Source of the DNA: a bacterium
GTDB taxonomy: Bacteria; RBG-13-61-14; DATKZS01
Direction of reading: 5' to 3'
DNA: 64,000 nucleotides
NCBI GenBank assembly: GCA_963674965.2
Contig: CAXXFL010000005.1
Coordinates: 1 to 64,000 of the forward strand
In this document: positions 37,843 to 48,663 of the stretch, piece after piece
How positions within the stretch are numbered: position 1 is the first letter of the stretch
Layout of the letters: every line of letters begins with the position of its first letter
Program-made: the position numbers and the translations under genes
The notes under the pieces: model-generated
Database searches by the model: none
The model's input: the letters and a program-made list of their open reading frames with translations, nothing else
What the model was told of the DNA's origin: nothing

Positions 37843-39180
37843 ATGAAAGACTACCGCAAGATGAGCTTTTGGTTGGAATCCAGTCCTTATGGGGAGAACG
37901 GCCCATTAATTGGAGAGGCCAAGGCGGACGTGACCATAGTGGGCGGCGGGTTCACGGGTCTTTCCAGCGCCTATTACGTCAAGGAGGCCCACCCCGAGCT
38001 CGAGGTCGTTCTTCTCGAGGCCGAGGTCGTCGGATACGGGGCCTCGGGCCGGAACGGCGGCTTTTCCATGCCCCTCATGGGATGGGACATCACGTACCTC
38101 GTCTACCTTTTCAAGGAAAAAGGAATCAAGGCCCACCATTACATGCTGGGTTGCGTCAGGCGCCTCAAGGAGTTGGTGGAAAAGGAGAAGATCGACTGCG
38201 ACCTCGAGTATAACGGACTCATGGTCCTGGCCATGAACGACTTCCAGATGAGGCAGCTCGAGAGCAACGCGCGCTACTTCGAGAAGGCCGGCTGCCATGA
38301 CGTCGAGCTTTTGACGGGAGACGACTTCAAGGCGCGGCTGAACTCGGCGTGGCACGTGGGAGCGCTTTACGAGCCTGACACGGCCATATTGAATCCCGCC
38401 AAGCTGGCCCGCGAGATGAAGCGCGTGATCGAGTCCAGGGGAGTCAAGGTATACGAGCGCTCGCCGGTCCATAAAATTACGCCGGGCAAGAAAGTGATCA
38501 TCGAGACGGAAAAGGGCAAGGTCGTATCCGACCGCGCCGTGCTGGGGCTAAACGCCTTCGGGCAGCGGCTGCGAATAAGGCCGTACACCTACGTACCCAT
38601 GTACACGTATATTGTTTTGACCGAGCCATTATCGGACTCTCTTTACAAGGAGGTCGGCTGGACCGGGCGGGAGGGAATCGAGGACAAGCGTCAGCTGGTG
38701 CATTACATGCGGCCCACGGCGGACAACAGGATACTCCTGGGCGGCCGCGACGCTCCCTATTACTTCGGCAACAAAACCGAGGGCAAGCAGAGCCATAAAA
38801 AGATTTTCGAGGGACTCGAGTCCGACCTGAAAGGCATGTTCCCCTGCCTTAAGGACGCGAAAATCACCCACCGGTGGGGCGGGCCGGTGGCCATAACCCT
38901 GGCCTTCGTGCCCATGTTCGGCCATTACAAGGGTCACGAGAACATAACCTATGGGATGGGCTATTGCGGACACGGCGTGGCCCTTTCGACCTCGGCCGGA
39001 CTGATCACGCGGGAGCTTCTGTTCAACCCCGGCTCGTCCGAGCTGGATGAGCTCCTCTTCGTTCACAACACGCCAGGACTCATCCCGCCCGAGCCGTTCA
39101 GATACCCATTGGTAACGGGGATCAAGGAGGCCATGGCGCTATTCGACAAGTGGGTGGAAAGGAACGCGGGATCGAGCTGA
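37843..39180 (+). CDS. FAD-dependent oxidoreductase (PuuB/OrdL/DadA family)
   Basis: VGGGFTGLSSA, GASGRNGG, RWGGPV, GYCGHGV. Confidence 0.9.
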   Translation: MKDYRKMSFWLESSPYGENGPLIGEAKADVTIVGGGFTGLSSAYYVKEAHPELEVVLLEAEVVGYGASGRNGGFSMPLMGWDITYLVYLFKEKGIKAHHYMLGCVRRLKELVEKEKIDCDLEYNGLMVLAMNDFQMRQLESNARYFEKAGCHDVELLTGDDFKARLNSAWHVGALYEPDTAILNPAKLAREMKRVIESRGVKVYERSPVHKITPGKKVIIETEKGKVVSDRAVLGLNAFGQRLRIRPYTYVPMYTYIVLTEPLSDSLYKEVGWTGREGIEDKRQLVHYMRPTADNRILLGGRDAPYYFGNKTEGKQSHKKIFEGLESDLKGMFPCLKDAKITHRWGGPVAITLAFVPMFGHYKGHENITYGMGYCGHGVALSTSAGLITRELLFNPGSSELDELLFVHNTPGLIPPEPFRYPLVTGIKEAMALFDKWVERNAGSS

Positions 39181-39287
39181 CGCCGTTCCCCCCATTTGCG
39201 GACGCCGTTCTTTGACCTTAAGATATGATGACGGGGAGTCGCGGAATTGACGCCTCTCCCCGTAATTCTTTTATTGGAGTCCGTCCC

Positions 39288-41570
39288 ATGGCCAAAGATC
39301 AAGGCGTCCGGCTGGAAGGCGAAAAAATCGAGGTTATAGTCGACCAGAGCGGTCCGTCCATCACGGCGGGCAGGAAGGATGGCGGTATAACCTTCGGTCC
39401 TCTCGGGGCCTGGGCCGCCATCAGGACGGCCGACTCGGCTTATAGCGTCTCGACCTCGCTCGTTCCCGGATGGAAAATCGAAAGCGCCGAGATCGAGACG
39501 CCCCTTGGCGCCTTTCCGGGAGTACGCCTCGAGGCCTCCGGCGTCCATGGCCTTCCCGTGTCCGCGCTCTGGGAGGTCGCCATTTGCGGGGACGAGGAAG
39601 TCCTGGCCAGGCTGACCCTAACCAACGCGGGCGACGAGACCTTGCAAATAAACGAGACCTCGCCCCTTGCTTTTCGGGGCGCCGACCCCGCCCTGGACAT
39701 GGGCGCGGGTTACGTGGGATGGCGCTTCTATCGGACCGGGTATCAATCCTGGACCCCCGCCGGCTCGATAGGGGTAATGGACGAGGATTACAAGCCCAGG
39801 TTCTTCCTTCCCTCCCGGAGCGGGACCAACTCGAGGACGCCCTATTCGAGAGTTCCCGGGCTCAAGACCAGCGACTGGATGGGCCAGTTGGTCGAGCCCA
39901 AGCTGGGACTCGGCGCGCTTCTCGGTTTCATCACCTCCGATCGCATGAACGGACGGGTCGAGTTCGAGGTCAAGTACGACCGGTTCCGGCGCCTCGAGGC
40001 CATAGCCGACGGCGAGGGAATCCCCCTCGATCCCGGCGAGACCCTGGAGACCGAATGGGCCATTTTGTCCCTCTCGGACGACCCGTCCGCGCAACAGGAG
40101 AAATATTTCAAGACCTGGGGAAGGGCCATGAAGGCCCGCGAGTCCAAGCCCCTCTCGGGCTGGTGCTCCTGGTATTTCGCTTTTTGGAACGTCCATGAAA
40201 GTCACGTCAACTCGAGTCTTTTCAAGCTGGCCTCCATCAAGGACAAGCTGGACGTTATTCAGATAGACGACGGGTATCAGCCCTGGATCGGGCATTGGAC
40301 CGAGTGGAACGACAAGTTCCCGTCCGGACCCGCCGAGCTGGCGCGTCGGATCAAGGACGCCGGCTTCAAGCCGGGTCTTTGGCTGGCGCCCTTTTTCGTG
40401 TCCCGCGGCGCGCCGATATACGGGAAGCATCGCGACTGGGTGGTCCGCGACAAAAAGGGCAAACCGGTCATCGCCTTCATCCATCCCAAGTGGAAGGGCA
40501 AGGTCATATATCCTCTGGACCTTACTCATCCGGGCGTTCAGAAGCACGTGGGAGATTTCATCCGGACGCTTGTGGGCTATGGTTTCGAGTACCTCAAGCT
40601 TGATTTCCTCTACGGGGCGGCGCTTCCCGGCAAGCGCCACGACCCCAGGGCCACGGGCGCCATGGCGCTACGCAAGGGTCTCGAGGTTATCAGGGAAGCC
40701 GCGGGCGAGGAGACGTACATCCTGGGCTGCGGCTGTCCTCTTGGCCCCGCCGTTGGCCTGGTCGACTCGATGCGGGTGAGCCAGGACGTGGATATCCATT
40801 GGAAGATTCCTCTCATGGACTGGGCCATGGGTATACCGACCGGACCCGGCGCGGGCAACTGCCTGCGTAACAATCTAAACCGCGCCCTCATGCACGGCGG
40901 ACTCTGGGCCAACGACCCCGACTGCGTTATCGCCAGGGACGAGCGCCTTGGCCTTAAGGAGCACGAGATTCAAAGCGAGCTTACGGTATTTTATCTGACC
41001 GGCGGCGCGGCTTTTCTCTCGGAGGACGCCTCCCTTTTGCCCGCCGACAGGATGGAATGGTTCGAGCGCATGCTGCCGCCCTCCAACCGGGCGGCCAGGG
41101 TCCTGGACCTCTTCGAGAAGGACTTCCCCGAGACGCTCGTTTTAAGCGGAGACGGCCAAGAGAGCGCGCTGGTGGGCCTTTTTAACTGGTCCGGCGAGAC
41201 CAGGCGAATGAAGCTGGACCTGAAGGCCCTCGGCCTCTCCGGGGCCTGGCACGTTTTCGATTACTGGGCCAAGCGCGGACTGGGCGCGGCGTCCTCGACG
41301 CTGGACCTGGGCGAAGCGCGGCCGCGTGGGTGCAGGTACCTCAGACTGGTCAAGGCCGACGGCAAACCCAGACTGCTGGCCACCGACGTCCATATGGGCA
41401 TGGGCGAGGTGGGCGTTTCGTCGGGACCGGGCGAGGCGGGGCTGTCGATAAAGATCGAGCTTCCCGGGAAAAGGCGGGGCAAGGTCTGGGCCGTTTTTCC
41501 CGGAGGCAAGGTCAAGACGATCGACGTGGAATTCAGCGGCGCCTGGGAGGGCACGATAGGACCCGAATGA
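39288..41570 (+). CDS. Alpha-galactosidase, GH36
   Basis: GWCSWY, QIDDGYQ, GLWLAPF, YLKLDFLY, MRVSQD, WANDPDC. Confidence 0.88.
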   Translation: MAKDQGVRLEGEKIEVIVDQSGPSITAGRKDGGITFGPLGAWAAIRTADSAYSVSTSLVPGWKIESAEIETPLGAFPGVRLEASGVHGLPVSALWEVAICGDEEVLARLTLTNAGDETLQINETSPLAFRGADPALDMGAGYVGWRFYRTGYQSWTPAGSIGVMDEDYKPRFFLPSRSGTNSRTPYSRVPGLKTSDWMGQLVEPKLGLGALLGFITSDRMNGRVEFEVKYDRFRRLEAIADGEGIPLDPGETLETEWAILSLSDDPSAQQEKYFKTWGRAMKARESKPLSGWCSWYFAFWNVHESHVNSSLFKLASIKDKLDVIQIDDGYQPWIGHWTEWNDKFPSGPAELARRIKDAGFKPGLWLAPFFVSRGAPIYGKHRDWVVRDKKGKPVIAFIHPKWKGKVIYPLDLTHPGVQKHVGDFIRTLVGYGFEYLKLDFLYGAALPGKRHDPRATGAMALRKGLEVIREAAGEETYILGCGCPLGPAVGLVDSMRVSQDVDIHWKIPLMDWAMGIPTGPGAGNCLRNNLNRALMHGGLWANDPDCVIARDERLGLKEHEIQSELTVFYLTGGAAFLSEDASLLPADRMEWFERMLPPSNRAARVLDLFEKDFPETLVLSGDGQESALVGLFNWSGETRRMKLDLKALGLSGAWHVFDYWAKRGLGAASSTLDLGEARPRGCRYLRLVKADGKPRLLATDVHMGMGEVGVSSGPGEAGLSIKIELPGKRRGKVWAVFPGGKVKTIDVEFSGAWEGTIGPE

Positions 41571-41593
41571 AAAATTCTGGCCCACTAACGATG

Positions 41594-41622
41594 AAGCCCG
41601 CGTTTTCGGACGCGGGCTTTTT
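41594..41622 (+). terminator. Intrinsic terminator, probably originally bidirectional
   Basis: AAGCCCGCGT-TTTCGG-ACGCGGGCTT-TTT. Confidence 0.8.
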
Positions 41623-41641
41623 ATCGAGCCGGGGCCGTTTA

Positions 41642-42636
41642 GAGCACTTCACGTTTGTAATGTCGTATAACCGCACGAAAAAAAATAGCCCTTAGCATCG
41701 CTGGCCGTAATGGAAGATAATGCCTCGCTTATTGCCGCGATTAATCGAGGATGCGTTCGCGCCTTGGCGGAGCGTAAATGATTCTTCACCTTGCTCCACA
41801 TCTTTTCGATCGGATTGAAATCGGGACTGTACGGAGGCAGGAACACCAAGCGGGCGCCGAGGGCCTCGATAATCTCCCGACTTTGGGCGTCCTTGTGCAC
41901 CGAGAGATTATCGGCGACCACCACGTCGCCCGGCCGCAAGGTCGGGCCAAGGATGTGCCTGACGTAAGACCGAAAAACCTCACGGTTCGCGGAACCCTCG
42001 ATCGCCATGCAACTCACCTGCCCGTCAAAACGAATCGAGCCGATCATCGTCGTGGTATGCCAATGACCATGGGGGGCGTGATCACGGACTCTCTGGCCCC
42101 GGCGGCCCCGCCCGCGGTGGCGGGTCATGTTGGTCTTGGCGCCAGACTCGTCGATGAATACCAGCCGCCGAGCATCGCCGAGCATCGGACCCGCGCTCCA
42201 CTCCAGGCGGGAATGGATCACGTCAGGCCGGTTTTGTTCGCTGGCCGAAAGCGTTTTTTTTTAGGCTGTACCCCAAGCGCGCAACGGCGCGCTGCACCGC
42301 CATGAGGGAACACGACTTGCCCGTGAGTTCGCGCAACTCATCAAGAGTCGCGTCCGGGTGGCGAGCAATAAGGCCGTCCAAACGCTTAAGGTCGGCGCCG
42401 CGATAAACGGCGGCGCGGTGGCCACGTTTACCCGGCTCGGTCGAGCCATGTTCCCGGTACTGCTTGAGCCAGCGTTGAAAGGTGCGCGTACTGACCCGAA
42501 AGATGGCGGCGACCTCCAATTGCGTGTAATCGCCGGTCTGATAGGCGGCAAGCGCCCGCTCGCGAATCTCTGAAGATGATATTCCCATGACAAGAGAATA
42601 CCACAATCAATACGTCATGTCAATCGTTAAGTGCTC
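41642..42636 (-). mobile_element. IS630-family element, copy 2
   Basis: Same IRs and same ORF translations as 3206-4200; TA duplicated at 41640-41641 / 42637-42638. Confidence 0.95.
41649..42588 (-). CDS. IS630 transposase (frameshifted at A9)
   Basis: Identical translations to copy 1. Confidence 0.92.
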
Positions 42637-43424
42637 TAGCCGGGTAGTTGCAGGAAGACCTTTATCTCGGTGTTTCCCACCTTGATAACGTCCCCGTGGG
42701 TCAAGTTGGAAACGGATATCCAGCGGCCGTTCAAAAAGGTCCCGTTCATGGACCGCATGTCCTTGATGATAACTCTTTCAGGAGACATGAACTCGATCGA
42801 GGCGTGGTTCCGCGAGACGTTCATGTCCGTAAGGTCCACGTCCGCGTTTTCTCCTCTCCCTATGATCGTTCCTCTTTTTCTGAGCACGAATTTAAGGCCC
42901 GCGTCCAGTCCCACCGTGACCTGAAGCCCGGCCTTGGCGCCCGGAGGCGCGGGGCCGTCAAGCGGGTTTTTGCCGGCCCTGTCCTGCATGGGGTTGGTGT
43001 CTCCCCCCGAGGAGACGCCCTGTTTGGGCGCGGAATCGACCATGCCCAGGTCGGCCCAACTGGCGCTGGCCGCCGTCTGCCGAATCTCGACCCTGATAAC
43101 GGTCGAGCCCAGGGTCACCTCGTCGTTGTTGTTCAGGAAGGCCTCCCAGACCTGGCCGCCGTTGAGCAGGGTCCCGTTGGTGCTGTTCATGTCGCGAACG
43201 AACAGCCGGCCGTCCTCGAAGCCTATCATGACGTGTTCCTTCGAGATGGCCGTGTCGTTGATCACGATGTCTCCGCTTGACCTGCCCAGGACCGTCTGCC
43301 GCTTGTAGAGCTTCTCCACCTTTCCCTGCAGCGGCCCGGAGAGGAAGGTAAGCTGCACCAGGAGTCCGGGCGGAAGAGGCCCGCCCTCGTCGAAATCGGT
43401 CCGTATAATAGTTTTGTCGCCCAT
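42636..43424 (-). CDS. Tandem FHA-domain protein
   Basis: LGR...ISKEH...DMNSTNGT and IGR...VSRNH...DMRSMNGT. Confidence 0.92.
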   Translation of the reverse strand: MGDKTIIRTDFDEGGPLPPGLLVQLTFLSGPLQGKVEKLYKRQTVLGRSSGDIVINDTAISKEHVMIGFEDGRLFVRDMNSTNGTLLNGGQVWEAFLNNNDEVTLGSTVIRVEIRQTAASASWADLGMVDSAPKQGVSSGGDTNPMQDRAGKNPLDGPAPPGAKAGLQVTVGLDAGLKFVLRKRGTIIGRGENADVDLTDMNVSRNHASIEFMSPERVIIKDMRSMNGTFLNGRWISVSNLTHGDVIKVGNTEIKVFLQLPG

Positions 43425-43479
43425 CTATGAAGCCTCGATCCCCGCTTTGGAGGTATGAAAAATCTCGTTCTTATCGCTG

Positions 43480-43508
43480 AAAATAGTTTATAACGATCTG
43501 AAAGTCAA
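43480..43508 (-). promoter_or_regulatory. Sigma70-like promoter of the FHA gene
   Basis: TTGACT-N17-TATTTT on the minus strand. Confidence 0.5.
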
Positions 43509-43568
43509 GGCAAAAAATCTAATCGGTTAAATGGGAAGGGAAGTCGCGCCCCGGGGAGCGAAGATATC

Positions 43569-44306
43569 TTATCGCTCCCATACTTCCTCGTAATCTCTTC
43601 CCAGGTAAGCCCTTTTAACCTCGGGGTCCCGAAGAAGCTCGCGAGCCTCGCCCTGCAAGACGACCCTTCCCACCTCGATCACGTAGCCCCTGTCCGCCAC
43701 TTGCAGGGCGGCTCGAGCGTTCTGCTCGACCAGGAGAATGGTCGAGCCCTCCTCCCTCAGGTCCTTGATGATGTCGAACACGGCGGCCACCAGCTTGGGG
43801 GCCAGTCCCATGGAGGGCTCGTCAAGGAGCAGCATCTTAGGCCTCGCCATGAGGGCCCTGGCCATGGCCAGCATTTGCTGTTCTCCGCCGGAGAGGGTGC
43901 CGGCGGCCTGTTCACTTCTTTGTCCCAGGATGGGGAAGCGCTCGAACATGCGCTCCATATCGCGGGCTATCTTTTTTTTGTCGTCCCGCCCGTGCCGTAA
44001 GTACGCCCCAAGCTGGAGGTTCTCCATGACGGTGTGGCGGGCGAATATCTTTCTTCCCTCCGGCACCTGGCAGACGCCCAGCTTGACTATTTTCTCGGGC
44101 CGAAGACCGGTGACGTCCTCGCCGCCGAACTGGACCTGTCCCGAGGTCACGCGAGCGAGACCGGAGACGGCGTTAAGAAGAGTGGTCTTGCCCGCGCCGT
44201 TGGCCCCGATCAGGGCCACCAGCTCTCCTTGCCCGACGTGGAGGGAAACCCCGTGGAGGGCCTCGATTTTCCCATAGGCGGCGCGGAGGTTTTTCAGCTT
44301 CAGCAT
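43569..44306 (-). CDS. livF: Liv-type ABC transporter ATP-binding protein
   Basis: GANGAGKT, LSGGEQQM, LLLDEPSMGLAP. Confidence 0.93.
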   Translation of the reverse strand: MLKLKNLRAAYGKIEALHGVSLHVGQGELVALIGANGAGKTTLLNAVSGLARVTSGQVQFGGEDVTGLRPEKIVKLGVCQVPEGRKIFARHTVMENLQLGAYLRHGRDDKKKIARDMERMFERFPILGQRSEQAAGTLSGGEQQMLAMARALMARPKMLLLDEPSMGLAPKLVAAVFDIIKDLREEGSTILLVEQNARAALQVADRGYVIEVGRVVLQGEARELLRDPEVKRAYLGRDYEEVWER

Positions 44307-45131
44307 CTAGTTTTCCTCCGCGCCTTGCTGCGAGGCTTCTTTCACCCCTTGTTTTTCCCGGGAAGGGGCCTCGCCCAGGTAGGCGGCGATCACCGCGGGA
44401 TCGTTCTGAATATCGCGGGGACGTCCCTCCGCGATAAGCCGTCCCTGGTCCAGGACCGAGACCCGGTCGGATATCTCCATGACCAGCCGCATGTCGTGCT
44501 CGACCAGAACGATGGTAATGCCGTCGTCCCGAAGCTCGCCGATAAGCCCGGCCAGTTTCTCGGTCTCCGAGTGGTTAAGTCCCGCCGCCGGCTCGTCCAG
44601 AAGCAGCAGTCCCGGCTCGGCCGCCAGGGCCCGGGCTATCTCGAGCGACCGCATGAGCCCGAAGGGAAGGTTCCCCGCCAGCGCGTCCTTTCTTCCTTCC
44701 AGGCCCACCCGGGCAAGGTAGGTCAGGCACTTCTCGCGAATCTTTCTTTCCTCCCGCCTTTCGTTGGGCAGCTTGAAAAGGGCCGAGAGGAAACCAGCGG
44801 AAGTCCTCGAGTGCATGCCCACCATCACGTTCTCGAAAACGGTCATGTTCTCGAAAATCCTGACGTTCTGAAAGGTCCGGGCCACGCCGGCGGCCGTGAT
44901 CTTGTGCGGCGGCAGTCCGGTCAGGTTTTTGCCCTCGTAATGGACCACGCCCTGGTTGGGAGGTATGAGCCCGCTGATGAGGTTGAACAGGGTGGTCTTG
45001 CCCGCGCCGTTGGGTCCGATCACTCCATGGACGTTTCTTTTCCTTACGATGAGGTCTACCTCGTCCACGGCGCACACGCCACCGAAGGACCGGCAAAGTC
45101 CCTGGACCTCGAGCACGGCCGGCTCGCTCAC
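44307..45131 (-). CDS. livG: Liv-type ABC transporter ATP-binding protein
   Basis: GPNGAGKTT, ARTFQN, LLDEPAAGLN, VEHDM; GTG start overlapping the livM stop. Confidence 0.92.
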   Translation of the reverse strand: MSEPAVLEVQGLCRSFGGVCAVDEVDLIVRKRNVHGVIGPNGAGKTTLFNLISGLIPPNQGVVHYEGKNLTGLPPHKITAAGVARTFQNVRIFENMTVFENVMVGMHSRTSAGFLSALFKLPNERREERKIREKCLTYLARVGLEGRKDALAGNLPFGLMRSLEIARALAAEPGLLLLDEPAAGLNHSETEKLAGLIGELRDDGITIVLVEHDMRLVMEISDRVSVLDQGRLIAEGRPRDIQNDPAVIAAYLGEAPSREKQGVKEASQQGAEEN

Positions 45132-46201
45132 GTCGCCGACTCCTTGGCGGCCTTTTTTCTTTTCGAGACCAGGTCCTTTATCGCGGCGTACCAGGCGGAC
45201 GGCATGCCGGCCAGGCCCTTGGGGGCGAACATGATGATCAGGATCAGGACGCCCCCGAACACGAGCATCTCGTACTTCTCGACCTCGGTCAAAAGGTAGG
45301 GAAGCGACGTCATAAGTCCCGAGCCCAAAACCGATCCCCACACGCTGCCCATGCCTCCCACCACCACCATTACCACCAGCTTGACCGAGTACATAAAGCC
45401 GAACCCGGTGGGCGTGACGTGAGTGATATGGTGGGCGTAGAGGCTCCCGGCCAGAGAGGCGAAAACGGCGCTCAAGGTAAACACCATGACCTTGAGACGC
45501 ATGACCGGGGCCCCGGCGGCCGCGGCGGCCATCTCGTCCTCGTGTATGGCCCTCAGGGCCCGGCCCACTCTCGAGTGGACCAGGTTGATCGAGAGGAATA
45601 AAACGGCCAGGGCCGTGCCCCACACCAGGTAATAATAGGAGTTGGTGTTGGGATCGAATTCTTTGCCGAAAACCGTAAGGTAAGGGACGCCCTTGCCGGT
45701 CGAGGCGCCGGTAAGAGGTCCTTCCTCGTTAAAGACCATCTGGATGATTATACCCAGCCCCAGGGTGGCCATGGCCAGGTAATGGCCCTTCAGCTTGAGG
45801 GTGGGAAAGCCCACGATAAAGGCAAGGAGTCCGGTAAAACAGGCGGCGATTATTATGGCCGAGAGCATGTGGGTCGAGGTGTATCCATGCAGGGACTGGG
45901 CCAGGTCCAAGGACCACGCCGGAATCCACTCGTGATCGAGTCTCAGGCTTTTCAGCCAGGCCTTGAGCGGGTTTCCCTTGTTGGTAAGGATCATGGAGAT
46001 ATAGGCCCCGAGTCCGAAGAAACCCGCGTGGCCCAGTGAAATCTGGCCCGCGTATCCCATCACCAGGTTGAGGGCCACCACCAGGATGAGGTTGATTCCG
46101 ATTCCGACCATCATGATCAGGTAGTACTCGTTGGCGACCAGGCGGGGCAGGACGAGGGTCAGGACCGCCAGCGCGGCGAGCAGAAGATAGTCGCGCCTCA
46201 C
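45128..46201 (-). CDS. livM: Liv-type ABC transporter permease
   Basis: GYAGQISLGHAGF, LKGHYLAMATL, VGGMGS; GTG start after AGGAGG. Confidence 0.92.
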   Translation of the reverse strand: MRRDYLLLAALAVLTLVLPRLVANEYYLIMMVGIGINLILVVALNLVMGYAGQISLGHAGFFGLGAYISMILTNKGNPLKAWLKSLRLDHEWIPAWSLDLAQSLHGYTSTHMLSAIIIAACFTGLLAFIVGFPTLKLKGHYLAMATLGLGIIIQMVFNEEGPLTGASTGKGVPYLTVFGKEFDPNTNSYYYLVWGTALAVLFLSINLVHSRVGRALRAIHEDEMAAAAAGAPVMRLKVMVFTLSAVFASLAGSLYAHHITHVTPTGFGFMYSVKLVVMVVVGGMGSVWGSVLGSGLMTSLPYLLTEVEKYEMLVFGGVLILIIMFAPKGLAGMPSAWYAAIKDLVSKRKKAAKESAT

Positions 46202-46211
46202 CCCGGTCCTC

Positions 46212-47279
46212 CTAGGCCCTGTCCACCGCTTTGGGTCCCAGGAGACCCTGCGGGCGGAGGAAGAGCATTCCCAGCATGACCAGGAAGGCGAAGGCGTCCA
46301 TGTATCCACTCGAGATATGCTGGCCGAACATGGACTCGAGGACCCCGATGGCCAGGCCCCCGATGACGGCGCCGGGTATCGAGTCTATGCCGCCCAGGAT
46401 GGCGGCGCAGAACCCCTTGAGGCCCAGCATGGTCCCGATCTGATACTCGGTGAAAACGAGGGGCGTGATAACCACTCCGGCCATCGAGCCCAAGAGGCCC
46501 GAGAAGGCGAAGGTAACGAGCGACATTTTGGCCACGTCTATTCCCATGAGGGAAGCCGTGGCGGGGTCGTGGGCGCAGGCGCGGAGGGCCTTTCCCGTGA
46601 CGGTCCTTTTATAGAACTGGTACAGGAAGATCACGGACAGGACCATAAGGCCCATGACCCAAAGGTTCTGGGGCGCCACGCGGAGACCATGGAAAACCAG
46701 CGGGTCCTCGCCCGAGAAGGCCGGGAGAGGGCGGGGGTTTTTACCCCAGATAAGGCTCGCCAGTCCCTTCAGAAAAATGGACGCCCCGATGGTGATGATG
46801 ATCATGTTGATGGTCGAGGGGGCCTCCCTGGGGAGCTTCACGCCCTTTTCCATGAGTCCCCACATTCCAGCGGCCAGCGCGGCGGCGATAACCAGGGAGA
46901 GGGCCGGTCCGAGATGGAACGCCTCGTGAAGGACCATGGCCGCAAGTCCCGCTATAAGTCCGTAATGTATCCAGGAGCGTCCCGTCACCGCGTACCGGGT
47001 CAGCCCCCCGACGACGGTCACGAGGGCCACCGAGCCGGCGACGGTAAGGGGCATGGCGGCCCAGGCCCAGTCGGCGGAAAAGGCCGGAGACCCGGAAAGG
47101 ATCGCGTAAAGGGAGACGGCGATCATGCCGCCGAGCATGACGAACTCTCCCTGGGCGAAGTTGATGATATCGGTGGTGTTGTAAATCACGGTGAAGCCCA
47201 AGGCCACCAGGGCGTAGATGCTGCCTCGGGTCAGCCCGAACATGAGGGGCGATAAAATCTGGTCGACGATAAATTCCAC
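46212..47279 (-). CDS. livH: Liv-type ABC transporter permease
   Basis: YALVALGF, INFAQGE, GKALRACA, KGFCAAILGG, RPQGLLG; carries an extra hydrophobic insertion. Confidence 0.92.
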   Translation of the reverse strand: MEFIVDQILSPLMFGLTRGSIYALVALGFTVIYNTTDIINFAQGEFVMLGGMIAVSLYAILSGSPAFSADWAWAAMPLTVAGSVALVTVVGGLTRYAVTGRSWIHYGLIAGLAAMVLHEAFHLGPALSLVIAAALAAGMWGLMEKGVKLPREAPSTINMIIITIGASIFLKGLASLIWGKNPRPLPAFSGEDPLVFHGLRVAPQNLWVMGLMVLSVIFLYQFYKRTVTGKALRACAHDPATASLMGIDVAKMSLVTFAFSGLLGSMAGVVITPLVFTEYQIGTMLGLKGFCAAILGGIDSIPGAVIGGLAIGVLESMFGQHISSGYMDAFAFLVMLGMLFLRPQGLLGPKAVDRA

Positions 47280-47442
47280 AAAGTCCTCAAAAACCGCGGC
47301 GCTCGGGACGCTCGAGCCATGCCTTGATCTCGCGCGGCGCCGCGCCGATCCGGACGCGGCGAGAGGCCCGGGATCGACCCAAGCCTCTCGCCTGCCGTAA
47401 TATTATGGGGCAGTTCCCCCGCCTATTCAAGAAAAGAGAAGG

Positions 47443-48633
47443 TTAGGGAATGACCTTCCAGTCCTTGTTCTCGATTTTGACCATCACGAAGGCGTCCTTG
47501 GTCAGGCCGTTGTGGTCGGCCGGGCTCATGTTGAAAACGCCTCCGGTGCCCACGAAGCCCTGGATTTTCTCGAGCTCGTCCCGGATTTTGGCCGGGTCGT
47601 CGCTTCCGGCCTTCTCGATGGCCATTTTGACCAGCATGAAGGCGTCGTAGCCGTGGCCGCCGAAGGTGCTGACCGGGCTGTTATACTTGCCCTCGTAGTC
47701 GGTCTTGTACTTGATCAGCATGGACTTCTGCGGGTGCGAGTCGGGAAGCTGATCGGCAACTATGAGTCCGCCGGCGGGCAGAATCTGGCCGTCGGCCGCG
47801 TCGCCGCAAAGCTCGATGAAAGCCTTGGTGGCCACGCCGTGGCTCTGGACCAAAAGCTCGGTCAGACCCAGCTCCTTGGCGTTCTTGGCCACGATCGCGG
47901 GCGGCTTTTGCACGGCCCATACCACGATGGCGTCGCCCTTCTCGCCCTTGATCTTGGTAAGCTGGCTTTTCATGTCCACGTCATCGGGCTTGAACTTTTC
48001 CTTGGCCGCGACCTCGATGCCGTAGTTGGGAGCGAGCCTTACCAGTTCCTCCAGCCCGGAGTCGCCGTAGCCGTTGGACACGGTCATAAGGGATATCTTT
48101 TTAACGTCGTTCTTGTTGAAGTACTCGTAGATTTTCTCGACCGCCATCGAGTCGGACTGGGGGGTCTTGAAAATCCACTCGCGGGCCTTGCCCTCCTCGT
48201 CGGTGACGATCTTGTAGCTGGCCGCGCAGGACACGTTGGGTATTTTGGCGTTGCTTACCTTGTCGATGATGGCCATCGAGTTCCCCGACGTGGTCGGTCC
48301 GAGGATGGCGCACACCTTGTCGCTGGAGATGAGCTTTTGCACCAGGGTCACGGCCTTGGCCGCGTCGCCCTCGTCGTCGTAAATGACGACCTCGACCGGA
48401 CGGCCGAGGATACCGCCGGAGGCGTTAACCTGCTCGACCAGCATCTCGACCGTCTGCTTCTCGGGAAGGCCCAGGGAGCTGGCGCCGCCGGTGACGGCGA
48501 AGATGGCGCCGATCTTGATCGGATCGCCGGTGGGGGCCGCCTTGGCGTCATCGGACTGGGCCAGGTGGCCGAAGCCCATTGAAAGGCCCAATACGATCGC
48601 CAGGGCCAGGGCGATTAAGCTAAGTTTCTTCAT
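47443..48633 (-). CDS. Periplasmic binding protein, LivK-like family
   Basis: Signal peptide, IKIGAIFAVTG, GGILGRPVE, GYDAF. Confidence 0.92.
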   Translation of the reverse strand: MKKLSLIALALAIVLGLSMGFGHLAQSDDAKAAPTGDPIKIGAIFAVTGGASSLGLPEKQTVEMLVEQVNASGGILGRPVEVVIYDDEGDAAKAVTLVQKLISSDKVCAILGPTTSGNSMAIIDKVSNAKIPNVSCAASYKIVTDEEGKAREWIFKTPQSDSMAVEKIYEYFNKNDVKKISLMTVSNGYGDSGLEELVRLAPNYGIEVAAKEKFKPDDVDMKSQLTKIKGEKGDAIVVWAVQKPPAIVAKNAKELGLTELLVQSHGVATKAFIELCGDAADGQILPAGGLIVADQLPDSHPQKSMLIKYKTDYEGKYNSPVSTFGGHGYDAFMLVKMAIEKAGSDDPAKIRDELEKIQGFVGTGGVFNMSPADHNGLTKDAFVMVKIENKDWKVIP

Positions 48634-48663
48634 AAATAGTTCCTCCTCGCGCTGAGAATGGAA

